64,000 nt of DNA, from the NCBI RefSeq assembly GCF_018350175.1, contig NC_058368.1, forward strand, positions 85,314,001-85,378,000. The letters are read 5' to 3'. Positions 13,215 to 27,240 of this stretch are shown in pieces. Position numbers and translations under genes: made by a program. Positions within the stretch are counted from its first letter, which is position 1, and each line of letters begins with the position of its first letter. The DNA is from Felis catus (lineage: Eukaryota). Below the pieces are notes generated by a model. The model searched no databases and had not been told where the DNA came from. It saw only the letters and a list, made by a program, of their open reading frames with translations.

Positions 13215-13379
13215 GGGGCACCTGGGTGGCTCACTTAAGCGTCTGACTCTTGATTTTGGCTCAGGTCATCTCATGGTTGTGAGATCAAGCCTGGTGTGTG
13301 GCTCCTTGCTGAGCATGGAGCCTGCTTAATGTTCTCTCCCACCTTCTCCCTCTGTGCCTCCCACTTGTGCATGCTTGCA

Positions 13380-13411
<32 letters not shown>

Positions 13412-13423
13412 TCTCTCAAAAAA
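13215..13423 (+). mobile_element. CanSINE
   Basis: ggggcacctgggtggctca start; TSD aaaatgacattgct on both sides. Confidence 0.9.
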
Positions 13424-13794
13424 AAATGACATTGCTAGCACTCTGTTACTCAACCTATACTGGGACATCCAACCTCTTAAATAATATTCCCCTTGCTGAA
13501 GTTGTTTCTCTTATTAAATGTTACAGAGTATAAATAAAATCTAACAAAAAACCTCAATATCCATTTAACTTGTGATCCCTCTAAAAGGTATATGCAGCCA
13601 ATTGACAGCACATTTTATGTATCTCTACTGAGGATGGATATGACATGTGCCAAACTGTTTCTTAACAATTTTCCACAGTGATAAATCATTTTTATGTTCT
13701 TAGTGTGTCACTTCTTATCTGGGGAAATTTCGATATATTAATTAACAAGAATGTACCACTTCAGAGGAAAATAAGGGTCCTAATACTGCCTGTA

Positions 13795-14068
13795 TTATAT
13801 ATGTATATATTATCTATACAACATATATGTATAGTAAAAAGAATGTATATATGTATATATATATATACACACATACATATACATACATATATATACACAT
13901 ATATTTATACACTATAGTATAATTACTATATTTTATTTATATATATAATATATAATTTATATATAATTATATTATAATTATAATATATATTATATATAAC
14001 TATATATGTGTGTATATATATATGTATATCTGTATCTATATCTATATCTATATCTATATCTATATCTA
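13795..14068. repeat. AT-rich compound microsatellite ((TA)n, (TATATC)n)
   Basis: Direct inspection. Confidence 0.9.
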
Positions 14069-14077
14069 ACTTATTTT

Positions 14078-14443
14078 AAGGAATTATCTCAAGTGATTAT
14101 GGAGGCTTGAAAGTCGAAGTCCAACCCAAAACATGCAGATGGACCAACATGCTGGAAACTCAGAAAGAGCTAATGCTGTAGTTGATATCTAAAGGTCTTC
14201 TACCTGCTGAATATCCTCCTGGTCAGGAGACTTTAATATTTTGCTCTATTTAGGCCTTCAAATGATTGAATAAAGCCCACCCACATCATGGAAGGAAAAT
14301 CTGCTCTTCTCAAAATCCACTGATTTAAATGTTAATCTCATCCAACACACTCTTACAAAAACATCTAGAATAATATTTGACCATATATCATATATCTGGG
14401 CAACCATGGCCCAGCCAAGTTGATATATAAAATTAACCATACA
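14078..14443 (-). mobile_element. MLT2-like (ERVL) LTR fragment
   Basis: Reverse strand starts TGTATGGTTAATTTTATATATCAACTTGGCTGGGCCA, matching my recollection of the MLT2 5' terminus. Internal aatccactgatttaaatgttaatctcatcc is also MLT2-like. Confidence 0.8.
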
Positions 14444-16548
14444 ATTCTTTAGTTTGTTCATTTCTTGCATATAGTAGCTCATTGTTTTTTAGGTGTTCAT
14501 TCTGTACCATACACAGTATGAATGAATCGATTAGGTCAAATAGTTATTTAATATATTATTTGGGGTTTTCTATATATAAGATTGTATTAACTGTGAGTAT
14601 AGATCTTTCTCTCCACTTTGGATACCTGTTATTTGTTTAAATTCTCTGAATAGTATTTCCAATACTATTTGGAGTAAAAGTGACAATAGTAAGTGCATCC
14701 CTAATTTGTTTTGTTCTTGATTTTAGAGTAAAATATTTCAAAATTTTGGCTTCACTGGAAAGATGGCAGGGTAGGAGGACCCTAAAGTTGCTTTGTACCA
14801 CGGATACAACTAGCTGACACTCACAGTAGTGTAAATCACCCAGAATCTGCCGAAGAGTGGCAGAAAAAACTCCATAACTAAAGGTAGGGAAGAAAAAAAT
14901 CAAAGATGGTGGGAAGGGTGAGACTTCTTGGAAGAAAATTAACTGGCTGTTCACAGTGGGGAGGGAGTTTGTGGTACAAAGAAGGGTGGAAAACAGACAT
15001 TCACACTGGGAAGCCCACAAAGGGGGAGGATGAATCCCTATTATATTTTCTTTGAAAGCTAGAGGGACTGAATTCAGTGAGTTCTTATAATCAGTGGGAG
15101 TTAAATCTTGGAATTTTAAAAATCAGTGGGTTAGGTTCTGGGAGATCTCAAAAGGCATTAGGAAGCAGGATTCCCTTGCTTAAAGAAAAAGCACCACCAA
15201 CAGCCACTACAGATATAGCATACAACAAGTAGTTTGAAAAATGACAGGGAGGGGGAAAACAGAAAGGAGAGTGATTTGTCCAACTCATACCATGGCCCAG
15301 AGAGACAAGGATCACACTCCAGTAACAAAGGAGGTGGTAGGTGCCATCCACCTCTCCCAACCCCAGCATAAACAATGGCCACCTGTGGGAACCAGTACTG
15401 CTTATCTAACTTCCTTAAAAAAGCCCCCACCCATGCATCAGGGGAGTCATGCCCTTTGTAGGCCCTGCACTGCAGGTGCCTGCCTAAAAATACCAGCACA
15501 AACCATGCTTATACCACATCTCCTGATCTTCATGTTTTGTGGGACCTCAGTCTGGCAAGAGTGGGGCAGCTCTCATTTCCTAAGCAGACAACTACACACC
15601 TTGTCACAACAAGCCCCACCCCTGCTGGGGACCAAAAGCTGCCCACATTAGGCAAAAAGAGCTTCTGCAGATGACTGGACTAAAGGAGAAATAAGCCAAT
15701 ATGCAACAGCAAAGCACACATAACATATACAAGAAACACTCCCTAAAGCACTAGGCCCTGGGGAACAAGGGACACTTCACTGCAGAGCACTATTGGACCA
15801 CTTCTTCATAAAGCTATTTATAAAAGCAAGAGAAAGAACTGACTTTCCTAACACACAGAGAAATAGACACAGAAAGTCAGATAAAATGAGGAGACAGAGA
15901 AATATCTCCCAAGTGAAATAACAGGACCAAACCATAACAGGATACCAAAGTGAAATGAATATAATTAATATGCCTGAAAGCTAATTTAAAGTAATGATCA
16001 TAAAGATATTCAGTAGACCTGAGAAAAGAGTAGAGGACATCAGTGAGACTCTTAACATAGATGAAAAACCAATCAGAGATCAAGAACACAATAAAGAAAA
16101 TGAAAAATACACTTGAAGGAATAAATAGCAGGCTAGGTGAAGCAGATAAACAAATTTATGACTTGGAAGAATAATCGAATGTAACTAAGCTGAGCAAAGG
16201 AGAGGAAATACAATTATTCAAATTGAGATAGTTATAGGGAACTCAGTGATTTCATGAAGTATAATAGCATTTATATTCTAGGAATCCCCGAAGAGAGAAA
16301 AAAGGGGGCAGAAAGTGAATTTGAAGAAATAATAACTGAAAAGTGTCCTAATGAGGGGAGGGAAACAGACATCCACACCCAGCAGGCACAGAGATCTCCC
16401 CAGAAATTCATCCTAAAAAAGTCCACACCAAGACACACAATTATGAAAATAGCAAAAAGTAACCATAAAGAAAAAAAATTAAATAAGCAACAGTAAAGAA
16501 GACAGTCACATTCAAGGAAAATTCCACAAAGTTATCAATGGGTTTTTC

Positions 16549-16770
16549 TTTTTTAATTTTTTTTTTTCAACATTTATTTATTTTTGGGACAGAGAGAGAC
16601 AGAGCATGAACGGGGGAGGGGCAGAGAGAGAGGGAGACACAGAATCGGAAACAGGCTCCAGGCTCTGAGCCATCAGCCCAGAGCCCGACGCGGGGCTCGA
16701 ACTCACGGACCGCGAGATAGTGACCTGGCTGAAGTCCGACGCTTAACCGACTGCGCCACCCAGGCGCCCC
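16549..16770 (-). mobile_element. Young Felidae-type CanSINE
   Basis: CpG-rich, near-consensus GGGGCGCCTGGGTGGCGCAGTCGGTTAAGCGTC...CAGCCAGGTCAC on the reverse strand. TSD atgggtttttc on both sides. Confidence 0.95.
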
Positions 16771-18938
16771 ATATGGGTTTTTCAACTAAAAGTTTGCAGG
16801 CCAGAAGAGAGTAATAGCATGTATTTGAAGGGCTGAATGGGAAAATTCTACATCCAAGAATACTCCATCCAGTAGATCTATCATTCAGAATGCAAGGAGA
16901 GTTGAAGAATGTCTCAGACAAACAAAACTAAAGGAGTTTGTGACCACTAAACCAATCCTGCAAGAAATCTTAAAGGAGACTCTTTGAGTGGAAAGGAAAG
17001 CACAAGTGAGCATATAAAAACTAAAAATCACAAAACCATAAAAATAAATATTTCTGTGAAAATAAGTCAATATTTCATAAAAGGATGTAAAATATCACAC
17101 CATGTACCTAAATCACGGCAGCGGAGGGAGTGGAGTAAAGAATGGTTTTAAACTTAAGCAACCATCAACTGAATATAGACGGCCTTATGCAGAAGATGTT
17201 ATATACAACCCTAACAGTAGCCACAAATCAAAAACCACTATGGGATATACAATGATAAAGAGAAAAGAATCAAAATCTATGACTGAAGAAAGACAACAAA
17301 CTTTGAAACAGACCAGGAGAAGAAAGAATCAGAGGAAATCTATACAAAAAACGAAAAACAAAACTACAAAACAAGTAACAAAATGGCAATACATAAATAT
17401 CTATCAATAATTATTTTGAATGCAAATATACTCCAAACAGAAGACACAGGATATCAGAATAAAGATTAAAAAAATCCATGTATATGTTGCCTATAAAAGA
17501 CTTTTTTCAAGTCTAAAGACACCTGCAGATTGAAGGTGAGGGTATGGAGAAATATTTGTCATGCAAATGAATGACAAATAAAATCTTAGGTAGCAATACT
17601 TACATTGAACAAAATTGACCTTAAAACAAAGATTATAACAAGAGACAAAGAAGTACATGTATAATCATAAAGGCAATACAACAAGAGAATATAGCAATTA
17701 TAAATATTACGCACCAAACATGAGAGCACACAAATACATAAAACAATTAATAACAACATAAAGAAAATATTGGGTAGTAATATGATAATACTAGGGGACT
17801 TTAACACCACACTTACATGGATGGACGGATCATCCAAACAAATCAACAAGTAAGGATTTAAATGACACACTGGATGAGATAGATTTAACAGACATATTCA
17901 GAACATTTTATCCTAAAAGAGCAGAATACACATTCTTTTCAGATTCACATAGAACATTCTCCAGAATAGATCACATTTTAGGCCACAAAACAAGTCTCAA
18001 CAAATAAAAAAAAAAAATCAAAGTCAAAACTATAGATCTTTTCTGACCACAATGCTGTAAAACTAGAAATCAATCAAAATCAAAATTCTGGAAAGAACAC
18101 AAATACATGGAGGTTGAATAACATACTGCTAAACAATGAGTGGCTAAACCTAAAAATCAAAAAATTGAAAAGTACATGGGGACAAATGAAAATGAAACAC
18201 AATGGTCCAAAATCTTTGGGATGAAGCAATGTGGCTCTAAGAGGGAAGCATACAGCAATACAAGCCAACATCAAGAAGAAAGAAAAAATCTCAAATAAAC
18301 AACCTAACCTTACACTTAAGGGAGCTAGAAATAGAAGAACAAAAGAAACCCCAACCCACCTAAAGGAAGAAAATAATAAAATTAGAGCAGAAATAAATAA
18401 TACAGAAACTAAAAACAAAACAAAACAAAACAACATACAAACACACACACTAGAGGAGGTCAATGAACCCAGGAACTGGTTATTTGAATAGGTCAACAAA
18501 AAAGAAAAAAGAGAGAGAAAGAGGACAAAAATAAAATTACTAATGAGATAGGAGAAAAAAACAGCCAACACCACAGAAATACAAATAATTATGAGAATAT
18601 TATGAAAATTTATATCCCAACAATTGGAAATATTAGAAGAAATGGATAAATTCCTAGAAACATATAACCTACCAAAACTGAAGCAGGAAGAAATAGAAGA
18701 AATAGAAAATTTGAACAGACCAATTACCAGCAATGAAATTAAATCAGAAAAATAAAATAAAAGCCTCCCAACAAACAAAAGTTCAGACAGTTTCACAGAG
18801 AAATTCTACCAAGCATTAAAGAGGAACTTTTAAATTATTCCAAAAAATACAAGAAGAATAAAAACTATCAAATTCATTCTAGGAGGCTAGTACCTAGCCT
18901 AATACCAAAACCAGATAAAGACACCACAAGAAAAGTAA

Positions 18939-18971
<33 letters not shown>

Positions 18972-19177
18972 GAAATCACAGGCCAACTACTCTCATGAAT
19001 ATATGTAATAATTCTCAGTAAAATATTAGCAAACAGAATCCAATAATATTTTTAAAAAATCATTACCACAACCAAGTGATAGTTACTCCTAGGATCCAAG
19101 GGGGGGTTCAATATTCACAAAACAGTCAACATGAAAAGGCACATCAATAAGATAAATAATATGAACCATATTATCAT

Positions 19178-19362
19178 ATTTTGCTTCCCTTCCCCTATCT
19201 TCATCTGTTGTGTTTCTTAAATTCCACATGAGTTAAATCATATGATATTTGTCTTTCTCTAACTGAATTATTTCACTTAGCATAATACACTCTAGTTCCA
19301 TACACGTTGTGGTAAATGGCAAGATCTCATTCTTCTTAATCAATGAGTAGTATTCCATTGCA

Positions 19363-19410
<48 letters not shown>

Positions 19411-19466
19411 TGTATATATATGTATATATATGTATATATATGTATATATATGCACATATATGTATA

Positions 19467-19514
<48 letters not shown>

Positions 19515-21187
19515 AGCTCTTCTTTATCCATTCATCAGACATCAGATTTTTGGGCTCTTTCCATAATTTGGCTATTGTTTATAGCACTGCTATAAACATT
19601 GGTGCGCATGTGCCCCTTCAAGTTTTTATATTCATTGGATAAAAATCTAGTAGTTCAATTGCTGGGTCATAGGGTAGTTCTAATTTTAATTTTTTGAGGA
19701 AACTCAACACTGTTTTCCAGAGTGTCTTCACCAGTCTACATTCCCACCAATAGTGCAAAAGTGTTTTCCTTTTTCCTCATCCCTTACAACATCTGTTGTG
19801 TCCCAAGTTGTTAATTTTAGCCATTCTGACAGGTGTTATATGGTATCTCCTTGTGGTTTAGATTTGTATTTCTCTGATGAGTTATGTTGAGCATCTTTTC
19901 ATGTGTCTGTTAGCCATCTGGATGCCTTCTGCCCATTTCTTTACTGGGTTATTTATTTTTTTGGGGGGGGTGGAGTTTGGTAAGTTCTTTATAGATTTTG
20001 GACACTAATCCTTTATGTGATATGTCATTTGCAAATATCTTCTCCCATTCTATCAGTTGCCCTTTAGTTTTGTTGATTTTTTGCTTCACTGTGCAGAAGC
20101 TTTTTCTTGATGAGGTTCCAATAGTTCATTTCTGCTTGTTTCCCTTGCTTCTGGAGATATTTCTAGTAAGAAGCTACTGCTACCAAGGTCAAAGAAGTTG
20201 TTGCCTCTTATCCCTTGTAGGATTTTGAAGGTTCCTGTCTCACATTTAGATCTTTCAGCCATTTTGAATTTATTTTGTGAATGGCTTAAGAAAGTGGTAC
20301 AGTTTTATTCTGATTATCACTGTCCAGTTTTCCCACACCATTTGCTGAAGAGACTATCTTTTTTCCATTGGATATTCTTTCCTGCTGTATCAAAGATTAG
20401 GTGGCCATGTTGTGTGGGTCCAATTCTGGGTTCTCTATTCTGTTCCATTGATTTATGTGTCTGTTTTTGTGTCAGTACTATTCTGTCTTGATGATTACAA
20501 CTTTGTAATACAGGTTGAAGTCTGGGATTGTGATGCCTCCAGCTTTGGTTTTCTTTTTCAAGATTGCTTTGGCTACTTGGGGGTCTATTCTGTTTCCAAA
20601 TTTAGGGTTGTTTGTTCTAGCTCTGTGAAGAATGCTGGTGTTATTTGGTAGGGATTGCACTGAATGTATACGTTGCTTTGGGTAGTATAGACTTTTTAAC
20701 AATATTTATTCCTCCAATCCATAAGCATGGAATGTTTTTCCATTTCTTTGTTTCCTCTTCAATTTCTTTCATAAGCTTTCTATAGGTTTCAGCACATAGG
20801 TCTTCACCTCTTTGGTTATTCTTAAGTATCTTATGGTTTTGGGTGCAATTATAAATGAGATCAATTCCTTGATATCTCTTTCTGCTGCTTCATTATTGGT
20901 GTGTAGAAATGAAACTGATGTCTGTACATTGGTTTTATATCCTATGAGTTTGCTAAGGAGAGTGAGGGAGGCAAACCATAAGAGACTTTTAAATAAAGAC
21001 AATCAACTGAGGGATTCCGGAGGGGCGGTGGGGGATGGACTAAACGGGTGATGGTCATTAATGAGGGTACTTTCTGGGATGAACACTGGGTGTTACACAT
21101 AAGTGATGAATCTCTAGGTTCTACCCCTGAAACCAACACTACACTGTATGTTAACTAACTTTAATTTAAATAAATAAATTGAAAAAA
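19178..21187 (+). mobile_element. 5'-inverted (twin-primed) truncated LINE-1 nested in the larger L1
   Basis: 19178-20955 is antisense L1 ORF2-end/3'UTR; 20956-21187 is sense 3'UTR plus A tail. TSD gaaccatattatcat 19163-19177 and gaaccatgtcatcat 21188-21202. Confidence 0.88.
19367..19512. repeat. (TA)n/(TATG)n microsatellite
   Basis: Direct inspection. Confidence 0.95.
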
Positions 21188-23127
21188 GAACCATGTCATC
21201 ATTTCAATGGATGCATAAAAGGCATTTGACAAAATATAACATCATTCATAAATAAAATACTCAGCAAAGTAGGTTTAGAGAGAATATACCTCAACATAAT
21301 AAAGGTCGTCTATGAAAATCACACAGCATACACCTTCCTTAATGGAGAAAAGGGAGAGCTTTGTTTCTAAGGTCAAGAACAAGAGAAGGATATCCCTCTC
21401 ACCACTTTAACTCTACACAGTCCTGGAAGTCCTAAGCCACAGCAATCAGACAATAGAAAAAAGTAAAAGGCATCCAATTAGTAAAAAATATGTAAAACTT
21501 TCACTATTTGCAAATGACATGATACTATATACAGAAAACCAAAACATTGAAAAACTTCTAGAACTGATAAATGAATTCAGTGAAGTCACAGGATACAAAA
21601 TCACTGTATAGGAATATGTTGCATACAGGAATGTGCTGTAATGAAGCAGCAGAAAGATAAATTATGAAAACAATACCATTTACAATTTCTCTAAAAGCAA
21701 TAAAATATCTAAATATAAACTTCACCAAAGAAGTGAAAGACCTGTACTCTGAAAACTATAAAACACTGATGAAAGAAATTCAAGATGACACAAAGAAAAG
21801 GAAAGGCATCCATGCTAATGGGTTGAAACAATAAATGTTATGAAAATTTCTACATTGCCCAAAGCAATCTACACATTTAATACAATACCTATCAAAATAC
21901 CAACAGTTTTTTTCACAGAACTATTAAAAAATCCTAAAATTTGTATGGAATTGTAAATGACCATGAAGCCAAAATAATCTTGAAATGAAAAGCAAAACTG
22001 GAAATATCACAATTTCCAATTTCAAGTTAAATTACAAACAGCAATATTAATTAAATTAAAACAATATGGTATTGTCATAAAATAAACATATAGATCAATA
22101 GAATAGAAAGGAAGATACAGAAATGAATCTGCAGTTATATGGTTCATTAATCCTTTACAAAGGAGGAATGAAAACACAATGGGAAAACGACTGTCTTTTC
22201 AACAAATGGTGTTGGGAAAACTGGACACAACATATAAAAGAATGAAAAAGCACCACTTTCATTCACTACACAAAATAAACATCAAAAATAATTAATGGTC
22301 TAAATGTGAGACCTGAAACCATAAAAATCCCTGAAGAGGGCACAGGCAGTAATTTCTCTGATATTGACCATAGCAAAAATTTTCTAGTTATGTCTTATAA
22401 GGCAAAGGGAATAAAAGCAAATGTACACTTTTGGGATGATATCAAAATAAAATCCTTTTGCATGGTGAAAGAAACAATCAATAAATCTAAACCTACTGAA
22501 TGGAGGAAGATATTTGCAAATGGCATATCTGATAAAGGGTTAGAATCCAATGTATATAAAAAATGGTACAACTCAACATCCAAAAAACAAATCATCTAAT
22601 TAAAATGTGCAGAAAACATGAACAGTTCTCTAAAGAAGGCATACAGTTGACCAACAGACACATGAAAAGATTATCAATATCACTCATCATCAGGGAAATG
22701 TAGATCAAAAACACAATGATATATCACATCACACTTGTCAGAAAGGTTAAAATCAACACAAGAAACAACAGGTGTCGGCAAGGATATGGAGAAAAAGGAC
22801 GCTTTTACACTGTTGGTTGAAATGTAAACTGGTGTAGCCATTCTGGAAAACAGTTTTAGAGGATCCTCAAAAGTTAAAAATAGAACTACCCTATGATCCA
22901 GCAATTACACCACTAGGTATTCACCCAAAGGATACAAAAATGCTAATTCAAAGGAAGACATGAACCCCAGTGTTTATAGCAGTGTTATCAACAATAGCCA
23001 TAATTATGGAAACAGCCCAAGTATCCATCGACTGATGAATGGATAAAGAAGATGTTGTATATATATGCTATGAAATATTGCCACCAAAAAGCATAAAATC
23101 TGTCAACTTTTAAAGCTCTTTACTACA

Positions 23128-23342
23128 CGGGTGCCTGGATGGCTCAGTTGGTTGAGCATCTGCCTTTGGCTCAGGTCATGAACTCATAGTTTGTGGGATC
23201 GAGCCCCGCATCAGTCTCTGTGCTGATGGCTCAGAGCCTGGAGCCTGCTTCAAATTCTGTGTCTCCCTCTCTCTCTGCTCCTCCCCTGCTCATGCTCTGT
23301 ATCTCTCTCACTTTCAAAAATAAATAAAAACATTAAAAAAAA
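23128..23342 (+). mobile_element. CanSINE
   Basis: 18-bp TSD ttaaagctctttactaca at 23110-23127 and 23343-23360. Confidence 0.93.
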
Positions 23343-23360
23343 TTAAAGCTCTTTACTACA

Positions 23361-24815
23361 TTATTATGTTGAGGAAGTCCTCATCTATTCTTTGTTTTCT
23401 GAGTACTTATATTAGGAAAGAGTGTTGGATATTATTAAATTCTTTGGCAGTTGAGAAGGTATTTATTTCCTTTGTTCTATTCACATGGTGTACTACATAG
23501 ACTGATTTTCTTAGTAGAATCATCGCTGTACATCTAGGATACATGTACTTGGTCATGGTGTTTAATCCTTGTAATGTGTCATTGATTTCAGTTTGCTAGT
23601 ATTTTGTTTAGAAAATTGCAACTGTGATCAGATAATTAGGAATAATGATCTGTAGTTTCTTTTCTTTCTTGATTTCTTGGCTTTTTAAAAAATATAATCA
23701 CTGAGTTGGTTTTTGTATTTTATTATCTGCATGTATTACCTTTCATCATTAATTTTTTCTATGTATCATACTTTCATTTTGTATTTATTTTTATTGAAGT
23801 ATAATTAACATACAGTGTTATATTAGTTTCAGGTGCACTGCATAGTGATTCAACAGTTATATACATTCCTCAGTGTTCATCACAATAAGTATGCTCCTTT
23901 CTTTGATTTGTAGTTTTTATTTTATTCTAACCAACATTTAACAGGATATGGCTGTGCTTGTTTTTTTTTTTATATTATGCCTTGTGATATTTCTATATGT
24001 GGAGTTCTTTTGAAAGATTAATTTTATTTTTATTCATTTTATTATTTTAATTCCAGTGTTATACAGTGTTATATTAGATTTACATGTACAGCGTAGTATG
24101 TAGTACAAAGTGATTCAACAACTCTATACATTACTCAGTGCTCATAAGTATACCTTTAATTCTCTTCACCTATTTCACTCATCTGCCTGCTCAACTCCCC
24201 TCTGGCATGCACCAGTTTGTTATCCCTATTTATGAGTCTATTTTTTATATTTGTTTGTTTTGTTTCTTAAATTCCACAACTGCATGAAGTCATAGGGTAT
24301 TTGTTTTTCACTGACTCATTTCACTTAGCTATAGATACTCTAGGTCCATTTATGTTGCTGCAAATGACAATATCTCATCTTTTTTATAGCTGAGTAATAT
24401 TCCAAGACATATGTATTTATCAATTCATCTATGGATGGACACTTAGGTTGCTTCCATATCTTGGCTATTATAAATAATACTGCAATAAAAGTAGAAATGC
24501 ATATATTTTTCTGAATTAGTGTTTCATTTTCTTTGGGTAAAAACCCAGTAGTGGAATTATTAGATCCTATGGAGTTTTATTTTTACTTTTTGAGGAACCT
24601 ATATAATGTTTTCCACAACAGTTGCCACCAATTTGCATTCCCACCAACAATGTACAAGGATTCCTTTCTCTCCACATCCTCATCAACATTTGTTATTTCT
24701 TGTGTTTTTTTTTTTATTTCTTGTCTTTTTGATTTTAGCTATTCTGACTTGCATTTTGATTTGCATTTCCCTGATGGTTAGTGCTGTTGAGTATGTTTTC
24801 ATGAATCTGTTGGAG

Positions 24816-24850
<35 letters not shown>

Positions 24851-24869
24851 TACACACACATACATATGC

Positions 24870-24916
<47 letters not shown>

Positions 24917-27240
24917 CTTTTTTGGTAAAATGTCTATTACATATTTTTTAATCAGATATTTTTGATGTTGAGTTTTCTAAGTTCTTTATATACCATGGAT
25001 ATATACCCTGACTTCCTGGCTTTGATATTAGTGTTAATTTGGCCTGACAAAATGAGTTCGGGATTTTTCCCTTCTCTTCAATTTTTAGAACTTTCTGTGA
25101 AAGATTTGTATTAATTCTTCTTTAACAGTTTGGTAGTGATTACCACTGAAGACATCTGATGCTAGGCTTTTGTTGAGAGGCTTCCCCGTTATCAATATCC
25201 CCACCAGAGTAGTACATTTTTTTTTTGAATACTGATTTAATCTCTTATTCAACGATGTTGCTATTTTATATTTCCTTTTGAGTCAATTTTCAGAATTTGA
25301 ATATTTCCAAAAAATTTTGTCAAGTTCATCTAGGCTATGCAATTGGTTGGTGTAGTTTGCTGATCACAGTATTCTATTGTGATCCTCCTTGTTTTTGTAA
25401 ATTCAGTAGTAGTATTTTCACTTTAATTCTGATAATAAATATTTATGCCTTCTCTCTTATATTCTTTGTCAGTCTAAATAAAAGTTTGTCTATTTTGTTG
25501 CTATTTTTAAAGAAACAACATTTTTTTCAGTGATTCATTTTCTGTTGTTTTCTATTCCCTATTTTATTTATCTTCACTCTATTTTTTTTTAATTTCTTTG
25601 GCTAGCTTTGGGTTTATTTGATTTCTTTTAAAACTTCCCTCAAGGTATAAAATTAGGCTATTGAAATGAGAATGTTCTTTTTTGGTGTAAGCATTTATAG
25701 CTATATATTTCCATCTTAATGCTGCCTTAGCAAATCCCATACGTTTAATATGCTATGTTTTCTTTCAAAATCATTCTCAATATTTTTGGTAGATTTTATT
25801 TTAAAGTGTATATATATATATATATATATATATGCAGCACACTTGATCAGAAAGTATAAAGTGTCCTTATAAGTCCTCAACCCCATGCATTCACAGCCTC
25901 CCCCATTATGATCACCATCAGAGTGGCACATTTGTTAAAAACCATGGCCCTACATTGAGAAAGCATTGTCATCTAAAGTGCATTATTTACACTAGAGTTA
26001 AATCCTGATGTACATTCTGTACTTTTTGACAAATGTATAATTACATTAATCCACATTTATAGTGTCATTAGGAATAATTTCACTGTCCTCAAAATCCTGT
26101 CTCCAACCTGTTTACCCCTCCCACCCCCCCAGTGTCTGGAAACCACTGATATTGTATTGTCATCATGATTTGGCCTTTTCCAAAATATCATATAGCTGGG
26201 ATCCTACAGTATGTAGCCTCTTCAGATTATTTCACTCAATAATATGCATTTAAGTTTCCTATATGTGTTTTTTTTTCTTGCTAGTTCATTTCTTTTTAGC
26301 ACTGAATAATATTCCATTATTTGTATGTACCACAGTTTATCCATTCACCAAGATATCTTCATCACTTCCAAGTGTGGGCAATTGTAAATAAAACTGCTAT
26401 AAGAATTCATGTGCAGGTTTTTACTAAAACATAATTTTTCAACCCCCTTTGTGTAAATATCAAGAGAAGTTATTGATAGAATGTATGACTATATTTTATT
26501 TCATAAGAAATTGCCAAACTGTCTTTCAAGGTGGCTGTAACATTTTGCATTCCCACCAGCAATGAGTGAGAATTCCTATTTGCCACATCCTCATTGGGAT
26601 GTGATATTGTCAATGTTTTGGTTTTTGACCATTCTAGTAGGTGTGTAGTAGTATCTCATTGCTGTTATAATTTGCAATCCATTGAGCATGATATTGACCA
26701 TCTTTTCATATGCTTATTTGCCATCTGTATGTCTTTTTCAATGAGGTGTATATTCAGAACTTTTGTCCATTTTTAATCAAGTTGTTTATTCTCTTATTGT
26801 TGGCTTTTAAGATTTATTGATATATTTTGGACAATAGTCCCTTGCTATATATGTCTTTTGCAAGTGTTTTCTCCCAGACTGACTTATCTTTCTATTCTCT
26901 AGAGTGTCTTTTGCACACTTGATTTTAGTGATGCCAAGTTTATCAATGATTTCTTTCAAGATTATTCCTTAGGTGTTGCATTTAGAAAGCCATTGCCATA
27001 TTCTAGGTGCCCCAGATTTTCTCCTCTCTTAACTTCTTAATGTTCTCCAACTTGTTCATTTCCTTGAATATTGTGTTGACTACTCTCTGTCTTTTGCTTC
27101 TCCATATAACCTTTAGAAAAAGCTATTGATAACCAGAAAATAATTTTCTGGGATTTTTATTGTGACTGCATTGAACCTATATAACAGGTTGAGAAGAATT
27201 ACATCTTGACAATATTAAGGCTTCCAATCCATGAAGATGC
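23361..27240 (-). mobile_element. Mosaic of older antisense LINE-1 fragments (ORF2 pieces plus at least two nested 3' ends starting at about 23785/24030 and 25790)
   Basis: Antisense L1 phrases such as tttgctagtattttgtt, gcattcccaccaacaatg and tttgcatttccctgatg. Probably continuous with the old L1 remnant at about 14450-14755. Confidence 0.8.

Larger units (their letters stand above)
14757..23105 (+). mobile_element. Near full-length degenerate LINE-1 (5'UTR, ORF1 about 15885-17000, ORF2 from about 17382), 3'UTR missing
   Basis: ggaaagatggc 5' end and ORF1 remnant GIPEERKKGAESEFEEII...PRH. ORF2 start atggcaatacataaatatctatcaataatt, EN motifs (ggggactttaacacc, agaatagatcacat) and RT tttgcaaatgacatgat at about 21508. 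Many stops and frameshifts. Confidence 0.92.

Noticed and set aside
18080..18796. 238-aa hydrophobic ORF on the minus strand
   Set aside because: It is an antisense reading of A-rich L1 ORF2, not a membrane-protein gene.
19233..19642. YIYI-rich ORFs (also at 13678, 24606, 44327-44727 and 55615-55984)
   Set aside because: These are translations of (TA)n microsatellites.
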